Source: Alphaproteobacteria bacterium
GTDB taxonomy: Bacteria > Pseudomonadota > Alphaproteobacteria > UBA828
DNA length: 64,000 nt
Direction: 5' to 3'
Assembly: GCA_965237415.1 (NCBI GenBank)
Contig: CBDEFM010000002.1
Coordinates: 1,088,001-1,152,000 of the forward strand
In this document: one piece after another, positions 21,658-34,030 of the stretch
Numbering within the stretch: the first letter of the stretch is position 1
How the letters are laid out: the number at the start of each line of letters is the position of its first letter
Made by a program: the position numbers and the translations under genes
Notes under the pieces: model-generated
Databases searched by the model: none
What the model saw: only the letters and a program-made list of their open reading frames with translations
Told to the model about the DNA's origin: nothing

Positions 21658-22131
21658 GTGAGCGGCAATGCCGCGCCCAGCGGCCAGCGCATTGCGCAGA
21701 ATCGCAAGGCGCGCCGAGACTACCGTCTCGAGCGCCCGTTCGAGGTCGGCATTCAACTGACCGGCACCGAGGTCAAGTCGCTGAGGGCGGGCCGCGCCAA
21801 TATCAACGACGCCTACGCCGTCGAACGCGGCGGCGAGATCTATCTGATTAACGCGCACATTTCCCAATACGACGGCGCCGGGGCCTTCAATCACGATCCG
21901 ATGCGGCCCCGCAAGCTGCTCCTGCACAAGCGCGAGATTCGCAAGCTGCTGGGAGCGCTTCATCGTGGCGGCGTGACCCTGGTACCGCTCACCCTCTATT
22001 TCAACGCGCGCGGGATCGCCAAGCTGGCGCTGGCGATGGCCTCCGGCAAACGCAAGTACGACAAGCGCGCCGCCGAGAAGGAACGCGACTGGAAACGCCA
22101 GAAGGAGCGTCTGATTCGCGATCGGGGATAG
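21658..22131 (+). CDS. smpB: SsrA-binding protein
   Basis: NRKARRDY, GTEVKSLR, RKLLLHKREI, GKRKYDKR. Confidence 0.96.
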   Translation: MSGNAAPSGQRIAQNRKARRDYRLERPFEVGIQLTGTEVKSLRAGRANINDAYAVERGGEIYLINAHISQYDGAGAFNHDPMRPRKLLLHKREIRKLLGALHRGGVTLVPLTLYFNARGIAKLALAMASGKRKYDKRAAEKERDWKRQKERLIRDRG

Positions 22132-22144
22132 TGCCCGATCGCCC

Positions 22145-22807
22145 TCAGGTACGCGCTTCGCCCAACGACGCCCGGATCGCGGCAAACACATCGGCAAACA
22201 TCGCAGGCGTCAGACGGCCCGTGTTCGTGTTGAGGCGCGAGCAGTGGTAGCTGTTGAATAGCCGCCGCCCGTCATCGAGGCGGTGGACCGCACCGTGGGC
22301 GAAGCGGCAAGCACCGGCGCGCAAGCCCAGCGCCTTCAGCACGGCGCCGTGAGCAACAAGGCCGAGCGCGAGAATGGCGCGAAGGCTGCTCATCGCCTCG
22401 ATTTCGGCCTCGAGAAACCCGCGACATGCCGCAATCTCGGGAGCCTTGGGCTGATTTTGCGGCGGCACGCAGCGGACGGCATTGGTGATGCGGCAGTCCT
22501 GAAGCGTGAGACCGTCGTCGGTCGTGGCGCCGTAGGTGCCGCGGGCGAAGCCGAACGCGCCGAGGGTAGCGTAGAGCAGGTCGCCGGCAAAATCGCCCGT
22601 GAACGGTCGGCCGGTGCGGTTGGCGCCGCGTAATCCGGGGGCGAGGCCGACGATCAGCAGCCGGGAGTCAATGCCGCCGAAGCTCGGTACCGGCGCGTTG
22701 TGCCAATGCGGCTCGGCCGCGCGGTGTTCCTTACGATACGCGACGAGCCGCGGACATCGGTCGCAGTCCCGATCCGGCGCAGGCGGAATCGGCACCGGCA
22801 TGCTCAC
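22145..22807 (-). CDS. Uracil-DNA glycosylase family 5
   Basis: CDRCPRL, GLAPGLRGANRTGRPFTGD, YHCSRLNTNTG. Confidence 0.92.
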   Translation of the reverse strand: MSMPVPIPPAPDRDCDRCPRLVAYRKEHRAAEPHWHNAPVPSFGGIDSRLLIVGLAPGLRGANRTGRPFTGDFAGDLLYATLGAFGFARGTYGATTDDGLTLQDCRITNAVRCVPPQNQPKAPEIAACRGFLEAEIEAMSSLRAILALGLVAHGAVLKALGLRAGACRFAHGAVHRLDDGRRLFNSYHCSRLNTNTGRLTPAMFADVFAAIRASLGEART

Positions 22808-23448
22808 ACTGTGTGCGCGATCTCATCGGCCGTGTCGTCCTCATCGCCGTCGCCGTCGAACGCCTCGTACTCGTCGTCCATCGGCTCCCTCAGGTTGCGG
22901 GCACGTTCGTTCCGCCACTTGGGCTCGCGCGCGATCAAGGGTTCGAGATCCTGAAGCTCGATGAAGTTGTCCGCCTGGCGGCGCAACTCGTCGGCGATCA
23001 TCGGCGGCTGCGAGCGGATTGTACTGACGACCGTTACCAGCACGCCCTTGCGTTGGACGGCTTCGGTCACGCGGCGGAAGTCGCCGTCGCCCGAGAACAG
23101 CACGATATGGTCGAGGGCGCCGGACAACTCCAACATGTCGACCGCGATTTCGATATCCATGTCGCCCTTGATCTTGCGACGCCCCATGGAATCGGTGAAC
23201 TCCTTGGTCGGCTTGGTGATCAAGGTGTAGCCGTTGTAGTCGAGCCAATCGACCAACGGCCGGATCGGCGAATATTCCTGATCTTCGACCAGCGCCGTGT
23301 AATAGAGAGCGCGGATGAGCCGGGCCTTGCCCGCGAACTCCTCCCGCAGGCGCTTATAGTCAATGTCGAAACCGAGCGAACGGGCAGCGGCGTAAAGGTT
23401 CGCGCCGTCGATGAAGAGGCCGATCCGCTCTTGCGGGTTGAATTCCAT
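22804..23448 (-). CDS. NYN domain protein (LabA/DUF88)
   Basis: FIDGANL, KGDMDIEIAVD, SGDGDF, LRRQAD. Confidence 0.92.
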   Translation of the reverse strand: MEFNPQERIGLFIDGANLYAAARSLGFDIDYKRLREEFAGKARLIRALYYTALVEDQEYSPIRPLVDWLDYNGYTLITKPTKEFTDSMGRRKIKGDMDIEIAVDMLELSGALDHIVLFSGDGDFRRVTEAVQRKGVLVTVVSTIRSQPPMIADELRRQADNFIELQDLEPLIAREPKWRNERARNLREPMDDEYEAFDGDGDEDDTADEIAHTV

Positions 23449-23611
23449 CAAGGTCTATCCTTCTTGGTCTAGTGAGGCAGAATGCCGGTGAACACGCTGT
23501 CGCCTGTTGGCGAGCGGCCAAATCGCTCACGGGGTCGCGGCCGCGTGGCACGCACGTCATAACTAGGGATTCCCGGAGAGAGGGACAAGTGCAAGCACGC
23601 GGTTCGCGACG

Positions 23612-24139
23612 ATGATCCTGGTTGCACTGGGAGCGAACCTCCCGACCGCGCGCCACGGCACGCCGGCCGAGGGCCTGGACGCAGCGCTCGTTGCGCTGGC
23701 CGAGTGCGGTATCCGACCGGTGGCGCGATCGCGCTGGTATCGGAGCGCGCCGATGCCGCCGGCCACGGGTCCCTCGTTCGTCAACGGTGTAGTCCGGGTC
23801 GAAACGACGCTCGATCCCATTCCGCTCATGGAGCGCCTCCTCGAAGTCGAGGCGAACTTCGGGCGCCGGCGCAGTGTCGCGGGCGCGTCCCGCCCCCTCG
23901 ATCTCGACCTCCTGGACTATGACGGCCAAATCGTCCAGCACGTCGGCGACCGGAGCGGACCGGCCCTCGTCCTTCCTCACCCGCGACTCGCAGAGCGGGC
24001 CTTCGTGCTGGCTTCTCTTATTGAGGTGGCGCCCCGTTGGCGGCATCCCGTGACCGGCGCCAGCGCCACGTCGCTGCTCGCGGCAGTAGCGGAAAAGCAA
24101 GCCGTCGAGCCGCTCTCCCCTGCCCCTATCGACGAGTAG
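23612..24139 (+). CDS. folK: 2-amino-4-hydroxy-6-hydroxymethyldihydropteridine diphosphokinase
   Basis: ALGANL, RPLDLDLL, PHPRLAERAFVL. Confidence 0.92.
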   Translation: MILVALGANLPTARHGTPAEGLDAALVALAECGIRPVARSRWYRSAPMPPATGPSFVNGVVRVETTLDPIPLMERLLEVEANFGRRRSVAGASRPLDLDLLDYDGQIVQHVGDRSGPALVLPHPRLAERAFVLASLIEVAPRWRHPVTGASATSLLAAVAEKQAVEPLSPAPIDE

Positions 24140-24332
24140 CGGCGGCGTGCCGACGCGCGTGTTGATCATGTTCGATGGCGAGAGATAGTATGGGCCGGCC
24201 TCGCACAGCGGGACCTGAAGACGGAGCTTGCCCGGCGCTCGCCCATCGGCGACGGCGGTGGCAGCCCTGACGAGGACCCCGAATACGCGTCGGCACGATG
24301 TTCGGCAACCGGCGCTACGGTCGAGGGATAGA

Positions 24333-25625
24333 ATGCGAAGAGTACTGGTAGCCGGCCTCGTCGGCTTGATGGCGATCACCCTTCCGGCGTTCGCGCTGGC
24401 CCAAGAGGACAGGGAAGCTTACGACCAGCTCGATCTGTTTGGCAAAATCCTCGAAGAAATCCGCAACGAATACGTTGAGGAGGTGAGCACGTCTGAGCTG
24501 ATCGATGCCGCCATCGAGGGCATGATCGGCTCGCTCGACCCGCATTCGAAGTATCACAACCCCAAGAGCTACAAGGAAGTTCAGGTTCAGGCGCGTGGCG
24601 AGTTCGGCGGCCTCGGTATCGAGGTCACGATGGAGGACGGCCTCGTCAAGGTGATCACGCCGATCGACGACACCCCCGCGCAGCGCGCCGGCATCCAGCC
24701 GGGAGACCTGGTGACCCATCTCGACGACGAGCCGGTGCTGGGGCTCACCCTCCAGCAGGCGGTCGACAGGATGCGCGGCCCCGTTAACTCCGAGATCACG
24801 CTCACCGTCCGCCGCAGCGGGGTGGAAGAGTCTCTCAACTTCCCGATAACCCGCGCCATCATCAAGATCCGTTCGGTGCGTGCGCGGGTGGTGGACGACG
24901 AGATTATCGTCGCGCGGATATCCGCATTCTCCGAGCACACATCCGACGATCTCGACGGGGTTCTGGGCGATCTGTGGGAGGAGCAGGGCGATCGGGTGCT
25001 CGGCGCCGTGCTCGACCTGCGCAACAATCCCGGCGGCCTGCTCGATCAGGCAATCGCGGTCTCGGACGCGTTCCTGGAGCAAGGCGAAATCGTATCGACC
25101 CGCGGGCGCGATCCCACCAGCGCGCTGCGCTTCAACGCGCAAGAGGGAGACATCATCGACGGCCTGCCGCTGGTCGTCCTGATCAACAGCGGGACGGCAT
25201 CGGCCTCGGAAATCGTGGCGGGCGCGCTGCAGGATCACGGGCGGGCACTGATCCTCGGCACCCGCTCGTTCGGCAAGGGCTCGGTGCAGACGGTGATTCC
25301 CCTTGGCGGGCGCGGCGCGCTGCGTCTGACCACGGCACGCTACTTCACGCCATCCGGCCGCTCGATCCAGGAACAGGGGATCGACCCGGACATCGTCGTG
25401 GAGCAGATCCGGCCGGAGCCTGAGCCGGAGGCGATACCCGAGCGCCGGGAGGAGGATCTGAGGGGGCACCTCGATAACGACGGGATCACCGACGAGGACC
25501 CGGCGGCGGAGGAAGCCCTGGAGGAAGCCGAGGACGATCCGACGAAGGGCGACTATCAGCTGGCCCGCGCAATCGAGCAACTGCGCGGCGCCCGCATTCT
25601 CTCGGGCGTATCGGCCGTCAACTGA
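24333..25625 (+). CDS. ctpA: S41 family carboxyl-terminal processing protease
   Basis: LDPHS, GLGIEV PDZ, DLRNNPGG, ASASEI, GKGSVQT. Confidence 0.93.
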   Translation: MRRVLVAGLVGLMAITLPAFALAQEDREAYDQLDLFGKILEEIRNEYVEEVSTSELIDAAIEGMIGSLDPHSKYHNPKSYKEVQVQARGEFGGLGIEVTMEDGLVKVITPIDDTPAQRAGIQPGDLVTHLDDEPVLGLTLQQAVDRMRGPVNSEITLTVRRSGVEESLNFPITRAIIKIRSVRARVVDDEIIVARISAFSEHTSDDLDGVLGDLWEEQGDRVLGAVLDLRNNPGGLLDQAIAVSDAFLEQGEIVSTRGRDPTSALRFNAQEGDIIDGLPLVVLINSGTASASEIVAGALQDHGRALILGTRSFGKGSVQTVIPLGGRGALRLTTARYFTPSGRSIQEQGIDPDIVVEQIRPEPEPEAIPERREEDLRGHLDNDGITDEDPAAEEALEEAEDDPTKGDYQLARAIEQLRGARILSGVSAVN

Positions 25626-25670
25626 ACTCACACAAGCTGGTCAACGCTGTCAGCCGGCCCGGCTGCTGAC

Positions 25671-26153
25671 ATGGCAAGCCGAGAGGCGCTCCCCTACCGG
25701 CCCTGCGTCGGCGTACTGTTGTTCAACGGGCAGGGGCAGGTCTTCGTCGGCAGGCGCATCGACATGGTGCAGGAAGCCTGGCAGATGCCGCAGGGCGGGA
25801 TCGACCGGGGCGAAAGTCCCCACGATGCGGCACTCAGGGAGCTTGAGGAAGAGACCGGAGTCGCACCCGATCGGGTGGAGCTGCTGGCGCAGACGCGAGA
25901 GTGGCTGCGCTACGATCTACCGCCCAACATGGTAAGGCGGGTCTGGCGGGGGCGCTATCGGGGACAGGAACAAAAGTGGTTCGCCGCGCGCTTCCTCGGG
26001 ACCGATGCGGACATCGACATCAGGACGGCGCATCCCGAATTCAGCGACTGGCGTTGGTCGCCCGTCGACGAGCTCACCGCAAACGTGGTGACCTTCAAGC
26101 GGGCGCTCTACGAAGCGGTGATCGAGGAGTTTCGCCCGTTTCTCTCGCCCTGA
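25671..26153 (+). CDS. rppH: RNA pyrophosphohydrolase
   Basis: [15 protein letters not shown] Nudix box, GQEQKWF. Confidence 0.93.
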   Translation: MASREALPYRPCVGVLLFNGQGQVFVGRRIDMVQEAWQMPQGGIDRGESPHDAALRELEEETGVAPDRVELLAQTREWLRYDLPPNMVRRVWRGRYRGQEQKWFAARFLGTDADIDIRTAHPEFSDWRWSPVDELTANVVTFKRALYEAVIEEFRPFLSP

Positions 26154-26958
26154 ACCGCTCCAGACGCCGGACATAGAGCCTGAGCGCAAGCCAAGTCAGC
26201 GCGGCGATAATTCTTCCCAACCGCCCCTGCGGCTTGATGCCGATCGCCTTGAGCATCATGCCCACCCCACGCTGCACGTGATCGCGCCGGTAGAGCGGAA
26301 ACGTACGCGACGCATAGGCGAGGGTCGCGCGGCGGCGAACGTAGGGATCGGGCTCGCCGGCGCCGCAATGATAGGCGTACGGAAGCTCGTCGTCGCTCGC
26401 CTCGAACACCCGCCCGAGCGCCACCTTGGCCCGGCTGAGTCGGCCGACGCCCTCGATGTCCCGGTAGTGCTTCATCGTGGTGTAGAACAGCTTGTAGTGG
26501 CAGAACTCGTCGCCCCCGATCCGCTTGCAGATCGCCTTGAACACGGGCTCCTCGGCGGCGTCGCGCAGCGCGCTGTAATAGGTAGACGTGCCGGCCTCGA
26601 CAATGCAGCGCGCCACCATCTCGCCGCAGCGGGAGCCGCGGATCGAATCGCTCGCCTCCACGTCGATGGGGTGGCCGGCGACGAAGCGTGCGAAGGTCGC
26701 ATCGAAGTCGAACGACGGGTCCGCAAGCTCGGCGTAGCGCCTGAGGGCGGCGCCGTGCTGGATCTCTTCTTCTGCCCACGCGACCGCATCGGCGCAGAAG
26801 CCGGGATCGTCGTGAAAGACAGCGCAGAGATACTTGCCGTAGTCGGCGCTGTGGTGCTCGACCACGCACGCCGCCTTGGCGATCTTGACCATCTCCGGGT
26901 CCAGTTTGGACCGGTCGAACTGCTCCCACGGGATGTCGTCGAGGGTCCAGGTGCCCAT
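26095..26958 (-). CDS. Ferritin-like domain protein
   Basis: [29 protein letters not shown] (EXXH pairs). Confidence 0.85.
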   Translation of the reverse strand: MGTWTLDDIPWEQFDRSKLDPEMVKIAKAACVVEHHSADYGKYLCAVFHDDPGFCADAVAWAEEEIQHGAALRRYAELADPSFDFDATFARFVAGHPIDVEASDSIRGSRCGEMVARCIVEAGTSTYYSALRDAAEEPVFKAICKRIGGDEFCHYKLFYTTMKHYRDIEGVGRLSRAKVALGRVFEASDDELPYAYHCGAGEPDPYVRRRATLAYASRTFPLYRRDHVQRGVGMMLKAIGIKPQGRLGRIIAALTWLALRLYVRRLERFRARETGETPRSPLRRAPA

Positions 26959-27063
26959 GCTCCGCTCCCCGCTCAGCGACGATTCGACGGATCAGTATAG
27001 TAACGTGGGCGGTCGGGACAACGCGCGAATGGGGGCGCCGGAGGGGCGGCGGATTAGACCGCC

Positions 27064-27465
27064 TCAGGCCGCGTTGGCAGCCAGAAGCTGGGCGAACTCG
27101 ACCTCCCGCTCGTACTTCGCGCGCTCCTCGTCGCCTTCAGCGTCGCGCAAGCCCAGCTGCGCCTGCTCGAGCCGCGCCTCCGCCTGAGCGCGGTCGATGG
27201 CGCCTGCCTCGAACGCCTCGGTGGAGAGTACCGTGCAGCGCTCTCCCGTCACCTCGGCGAAGCCTTCGGCGACCACGTAGCGGTCCTTCGGCTTCTCGTT
27301 CTCGTAGGTCTCGATCACCCCGGGTCTCAGGGTAGAAAGCAGGAGCGAATGGCCCGGCAGCACGCCGAAATCGCCCTCGGCACCTGGCACAACCACCATC
27401 TCGACGTCGCCGGAGAAGATCAGCCGCTCCGGCGCCACAAGCTCGAACTGCAGGGTGTCGGCCAT
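27064..27465 (-). CDS. atpC: ATP synthase F1 epsilon
   Basis: FELVAPER, GDFGVLPGH. Confidence 0.96.
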   Translation of the reverse strand: MADTLQFELVAPERLIFSGDVEMVVVPGAEGDFGVLPGHSLLLSTLRPGVIETYENEKPKDRYVVAEGFAEVTGERCTVLSTEAFEAGAIDRAQAEARLEQAQLGLRDAEGDEERAKYEREVEFAQLLAANAA

Positions 27466-27484
27466 GGCCGTTCCTCAGGCCTCC

Positions 27485-29837
<2,353 letters not shown>

Positions 29838-29871
29838 GGCGGAGGCCTATTTCTCTCTTTGCCGCCGCTAG

Positions 29872-31401
29872 TTAGGCGAATTTCTTCGTAAATTCGTCGA
29901 GGATCGCGGTGAGCGCCTTGTCGCTGTCTGCGCTCATCTCCTGGGAGGTGCGGATCTCCTCCAGCAGGGCCCCATGGTTGGCCCGCATGTCGCTGAGGAA
30001 CTCGCGTTCGAAGCGGTTCACATCGTTCAAGTCGATGCGGTCGAGATAGCCGCGCACGCCGGAGAAGATCGAAACCACCTGCTCTTCCACAGCCATCGGC
30101 GAGAACTGATCCTGCTTGAGCAACTCGGTCAGCCGCGCGCCCCGGTTGAGAAGCCGCTGCGTCGCCACGTCGAGGTCGGAGCCGAACTGCGCGAAGGCCG
30201 CCATCTCGCGGTACTGGGCGAGCTCCAGCTTAATCCGGCCGGCGACTTGCCGCATCGCCTTCACCTGGGCGGCCGAGCCCACCCGGCTCACCGAGAGGCC
30301 GACGTTAATCGCAGGCCGAATGCCCTGATAGAAGAGCTCGGTCTCGAGGAAGATCTGCCCGTCCGTGATCGAGATGACGTTGGTCGGGATGTAGGCCGAG
30401 ACGTCGCTCGCCTGGGTCTCGATCACCGGCATAGCGGTGAGCGAGCCGGAACCGTTGTCCGCGTTCATCTTGGCCGCGCGCTCGAGCAGGCGCGAATGGA
30501 GATAGAACACGTCGCCCGGATAAGCCTCGCGCCCCGGCGGTCGGCGGAGCAGCAACGACATCTGGCGGTAGGCGACGGCCTGCTTCGAGAGATCGTCGTA
30601 GAAGATCACCGCGTGCATGCCGTTGTCGCGGAAGAACTCGCCCATGGTGCAGCCGGCGTAGGGCGCCAGGAACTGCAGCGGCGCGGGCTCCGACGCGGAC
30701 GCCGAGACCACGATCGAATAGTCGAGCGCGCCGTTCTCTTCGAGGGTCTTGACGATCTGCGCCACGGTCGAGCGCTTCTGCCCGATGGCGACATAGATGC
30801 AGTAGAGCTTGCGCGATTCGTCGTCGCCGGCGTTCACGCCCTTCTGGTTGATGATGGTATCGATCGCGATCGCGGTCTTGCCGGTCTGGCGGTCGCCGAT
30901 GATCAGCTCCCGTTGGCCGCGCCCGATCGGCACCAGGGCGTCGAGGGCCTTGAGGCCGGTCTGGACCGGCTCGTGCACCGAGCGGCGCGGGATGATGCTG
31001 GGGGCCTTGACCTCGACGCGGCGGCGCTCCGTGCTTTCGATCGGCCCCTTGCCGTCGAGCGGGTTGCCGAGCGGATCGACGACGCGACCCAAGAGCCCCT
31101 TGCCCACCGGCACATCGACGATGGTGCCGGTCCGCTTGACGACGTCGCCTTCCTTGATGTACCGGTCTTCGCCGAAGATCACGATACCGACATTGTCGGT
31201 CTCAAGATTCAGCGCCATCCCCCTGATTCCGCCAGGGAATTCGACCATCTCGCCGGCCTGGACATTGTCGAGCCCGTAGACCCGGGCCACGCCGTCGCCG
31301 ACCGAGAGCACCTGGCCGACCTCGGCCACATCCGCCTCTGAGCCGAAATTGGCGATCTGTTCCTTCAGGATTGCCGAAATTTCGGCGGCGCCGATATCCA
31401 T
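29872..31401 (-). CDS. atpA: ATP synthase F1 alpha
   Basis: [29 protein letters not shown]. Confidence 0.98.
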   Translation of the reverse strand: MDIGAAEISAILKEQIANFGSEADVAEVGQVLSVGDGVARVYGLDNVQAGEMVEFPGGIRGMALNLETDNVGIVIFGEDRYIKEGDVVKRTGTIVDVPVGKGLLGRVVDPLGNPLDGKGPIESTERRRVEVKAPSIIPRRSVHEPVQTGLKALDALVPIGRGQRELIIGDRQTGKTAIAIDTIINQKGVNAGDDESRKLYCIYVAIGQKRSTVAQIVKTLEENGALDYSIVVSASASEPAPLQFLAPYAGCTMGEFFRDNGMHAVIFYDDLSKQAVAYRQMSLLLRRPPGREAYPGDVFYLHSRLLERAAKMNADNGSGSLTAMPVIETQASDVSAYIPTNVISITDGQIFLETELFYQGIRPAINVGLSVSRVGSAAQVKAMRQVAGRIKLELAQYREMAAFAQFGSDLDVATQRLLNRGARLTELLKQDQFSPMAVEEQVVSIFSGVRGYLDRIDLNDVNRFEREFLSDMRANHGALLEEIRTSQEMSADSDKALTAILDEFTKKFA

Positions 31402-31402
31402 C

Positions 31403-31960
31403 TCAGATCCCCTTCATCGCCAATTCGAGATTCTGCAACTTGGTCCTAAGCGAGTTGTCGAGCATGCGTGAGCCGACGCGCACCGTGAGGCCGCCTATCA
31501 ACGAGGGATCGACCCGGGACTCGAGCGTCACGTCGCGTCCGACGATGGTACGGAGCGCGTCCCTCACGGCATCAAGGTGATTGGGCTTGAGCGGCACGGC
31601 AGACGTCACTTCGGCCGACACCTCGCCGCGATGCTCGGCGAGCTTCGCCTGAAACGCCGCGATCATGTCGGTCAACAGGGAGACCCGCCGGTTGCGCGCC
31701 AGCAGCGCGACAAAATTCCTGACGTACTGGTTGGTTCCCAGCCGCTCCAGTACCGCGTCCAGCGCCTTACCCTGCTCGGCGCGGGACAGCGTCAGGCTGC
31801 GGATCACGCGCTTGAGGTCGTCGCTGCCGTCCACCAGTTCGCGGATGGAGTCGAGGTCGCGCTCGATCTCCTCGATCGCGCCACGCTCCCGCGCAAGCTC
31901 GAAGAGCGCGGTCGCGTAACGATCCGCGAGACCGGCTCCCCCGACCGATTGCCCAGCCAC
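31403..31960 (-). CDS. atpH: ATP synthase F1 delta
   Basis: [26 protein letters not shown]. Confidence 0.96.
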   Translation of the reverse strand: MAGQSVGGAGLADRYATALFELARERGAIEEIERDLDSIRELVDGSDDLKRVIRSLTLSRAEQGKALDAVLERLGTNQYVRNFVALLARNRRVSLLTDMIAAFQAKLAEHRGEVSAEVTSAVPLKPNHLDAVRDALRTIVGRDVTLESRVDPSLIGGLTVRVGSRMLDNSLRTKLQNLELAMKGI

Positions 31961-32360
31961 CGCTACTCCCTAGTTCTAGCTCCGGATGCGCCGCCACTCG
32001 CGGTGATTCCGCGGCGCGGTCGCAAAAAAAGCCTCGCGGGCGCCCGTCCCGGACAAGGCGTCGGATGGGTAGCACACTCACCCGCCCCACGCAACCGCCG
32101 GAGAGGCCTTGGACCGAGCCTCTCCAAGCCAATCAGTCGTGCCGCGCAGGGGTGGACTTCGACAGGAATTTGCTGCTTGAAGGGAAGCCTGCCAATAGGA
32201 TGCAGCCAAGGAACCATCGAGGAGATCGAGCGAATGTCGCTGAAGGACGCGGCATAGCGACCCGCCCCCATTTGGAGAGCGGCAGCTCGGCCGTACTCTC
32301 CAGGTCGAGCGACGGCGAACGACCACGCACGTGCTCGCTCATCAATTCAAGGAGGCCACC

Positions 32361-32747
32361 GTGTTCAAGACGTACAATCCGGCCGATATCGCGGGGCCGT
32401 TCGGCCACTACGACCATGGCGTCGAGGCGGTCAACGTGTCGCGCCTGCTGCACATATCGGGGCAGGTCGGTACCGATCCCGACGGCACCGCGCCCGACGA
32501 CGTGGCGGCGCAAATCGAGTGCGTCTGGCGCAACATCGAGGCCGTGCTCGCCGAAGCGGGCATGACGACCGGCAACATTGTGCGCACCATCACCTACATG
32601 CTGGATGCCGACTATGTGCCGCTGCTCGGCGCCGCCCGCCAACGGCACTTGGGCGCCGATCACAAGGCTGCATCGACGACCATCGTGGTGGCCGGTCTCG
32701 TCCGGCCCGAGTGGAAGGTGGAGATCGATGCCGTCGCCGTGGCCTGA
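32361..32747 (+). CDS. RidA/YjgF family protein
   Basis: AAGGAGG RBS then GTG; ISGQVG, LVRPEWKVEIDAVA. Confidence 0.88.
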   Translation: MFKTYNPADIAGPFGHYDHGVEAVNVSRLLHISGQVGTDPDGTAPDDVAAQIECVWRNIEAVLAEAGMTTGNIVRTITYMLDADYVPLLGAARQRHLGADHKAASTTIVVAGLVRPEWKVEIDAVAVA

Positions 32748-32806
32748 ACGGCCGCCCTCATCGCGCGCGGGACACGTACAACGTTAATTTCGAAGCGGGA
32801 TTCGCC

Positions 32807-32841
32807 GGGATTAAGTGGGATTAAGTGGGATAAGTGGGATT
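32807..32841 (+). repeat. Tandem GGGATTAAGT repeats
   Basis: gggattaagt gggattaagt gggataagt gggatt. Confidence 0.85.
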
Positions 32842-32903
32842 CCGTGAGACGGACGGCGGCCGGCTCGGAATGAGGGGTCGCGCACGCCCGGGTCGCGCGA
32901 GCC

Positions 32904-32960
32904 TGAAAGGTCTCGCGCGCGAAATAATGGTCGTGCGCGCGAAATGAGGGGTCGCGCGCC
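32904..32960 (+). repeat. Candidate transposable-phage end: TG followed by two 20-bp direct repeats
   Basis: TGAAAGG TCTCGCGCGCGAAATAATGG TCGTGCGCGCGAAATGAGGG. Confidence 0.55.
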
Positions 32961-32972
32961 CCCGGCCTGCGC

Positions 32973-33692
32973 TCAGACCTTGATGAAGAAGTTGAGGGCG
33001 ATATAGGGCGGCATGTTGTTGTGGGGCTGTCCGCCGCCGGCGTGGCGCACGCCATAGGTGCTGCCGGCGGCCACCGTGGACGCGGTGCCGGTTGTGCCGG
33101 TGAGCCTGTTTCGATCCGCGCCCGCGCCGTCCTGGCGCACGCCGCCGAGGACGTGGCCATGCGTCGGCATTTCGGCCTCCGTGAGGGTGTGCGTCTCCGC
33201 GCCGCCGGTCGCGCCGGCCCGGCGGGTTGCGGTGGCGCCGAGCGCGAAGCGGTCCCTGAGATCGGGCAGGTTGAAGGTGGTCGAGCCGTCGCCGGGGCCG
33301 TAGGCGGTGCCGATGACGGCGAAGAGGTCGGGATAGGTGGCACGGCTCACGGCGGAGCCGTTGCAGGTCAGCCATCCGTTGGGCCTGGCGCCGGCGTGCA
33401 TGGCGACGGTGCCGGGCGGCACGGCCTGCGGCGGTGTCGGCTGTGGCGGAAGCTGCGCGCTCGGCACTCTGCCTGAGCCGTCGAGGGAGGCGATGCCGCC
33501 GGCGACGCCGCGCCCGAGCTCGGCGTCCGGCACGCGGCGGCGGCCGTCGAGGGAGGCCACGCCGTCGGCGCTGCCGCGCCCGGCGATGATCGTCTTGACG
33601 CGCTGAAAGAGCTTGAAGAACTCCGCGCGGGGCGGGCGGTCGGTGCCGGAATCGACGCCGGCGGTCGAGAGATCGTCCGTTGGCCAGGGCAT
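32973..33692 (-). CDS. Phage tail fibre protein with tail-collar domain
   Basis: PPGTVAMHAG..PNGWLTCNGSAVSRATYPDLFAVIGTAYGPGDGSTTFNLPDLR; C-terminal QPHNNMPPYIALNFFIK. Confidence 0.88.
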   Translation of the reverse strand: MPWPTDDLSTAGVDSGTDRPPRAEFFKLFQRVKTIIAGRGSADGVASLDGRRRVPDAELGRGVAGGIASLDGSGRVPSAQLPPQPTPPQAVPPGTVAMHAGARPNGWLTCNGSAVSRATYPDLFAVIGTAYGPGDGSTTFNLPDLRDRFALGATATRRAGATGGAETHTLTEAEMPTHGHVLGGVRQDGAGADRNRLTGTTGTASTVAAGSTYGVRHAGGGQPHNNMPPYIALNFFIKV

Positions 33693-33706
33693 GTGCGCCT
33701 CCTTTC

Positions 33707-34030
33707 AGCTCGGAATTCTCACCGATGTCATGGTCTGCGCGGCGCATTCCGGCCGACAGGGCAGGAAAGGCGCGCAGCGCGTCGCGCGGATACGCGCGCC
33801 TTCGGCGCGACGCCGGGGACATCGGGCAAGCGGCTTGACGAACCCTGTCGGCCGGAAGGCGCCGCCCTTCGGGTCGCGCCCAGACGCCCGCCCGCATCGT
33901 GCGCTCCGCGCGCGTCCCGCGCGGCGTCGCGGGCCTCAACCGTATTCCCCGATACGCTTTTCGGCCCGCTCCTGGCGGATCGAGCGTCTGGGCGCGACGC
34001 AGGCCGTGACATCGGTGAGAACTCCGAGCT
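33707..34030. mobile_element. 324-bp MITE-like element with 33-bp terminal inverted repeats and internal stems
   Basis: 33707-33739 pairs with 33998-34030 (30/33); perfect 15-bp internal pairs 33747-33761/33843-33857 and 33873-33887/33984-33998. Confidence 0.7.

Noticed and set aside
26095-26153. 59-bp convergent overlap of rppH and the ferritin-like gene
   Set aside because: Probably a neutral C-terminal extension in GC-rich DNA; no evidence of function.
32138-32260. GGGGTGGACTTCGACAGGAATTTGC resembles the 5' end of tmRNA
   Set aside because: No T-arm/CCA end or tag frame is visible, and alphaproteobacterial tmRNA is permuted; more likely chance or a decayed ORF fragment.
32807-32960. Short repeats as a CRISPR array
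   Set aside because: Units are 10-20 bp with no unique spacers, and no cas genes are present.
32973-34030. Diversity-generating retroelement targeting the tail fibre
   Set aside because: No reverse transcriptase and no template/variable repeat pair differing at adenines were seen.
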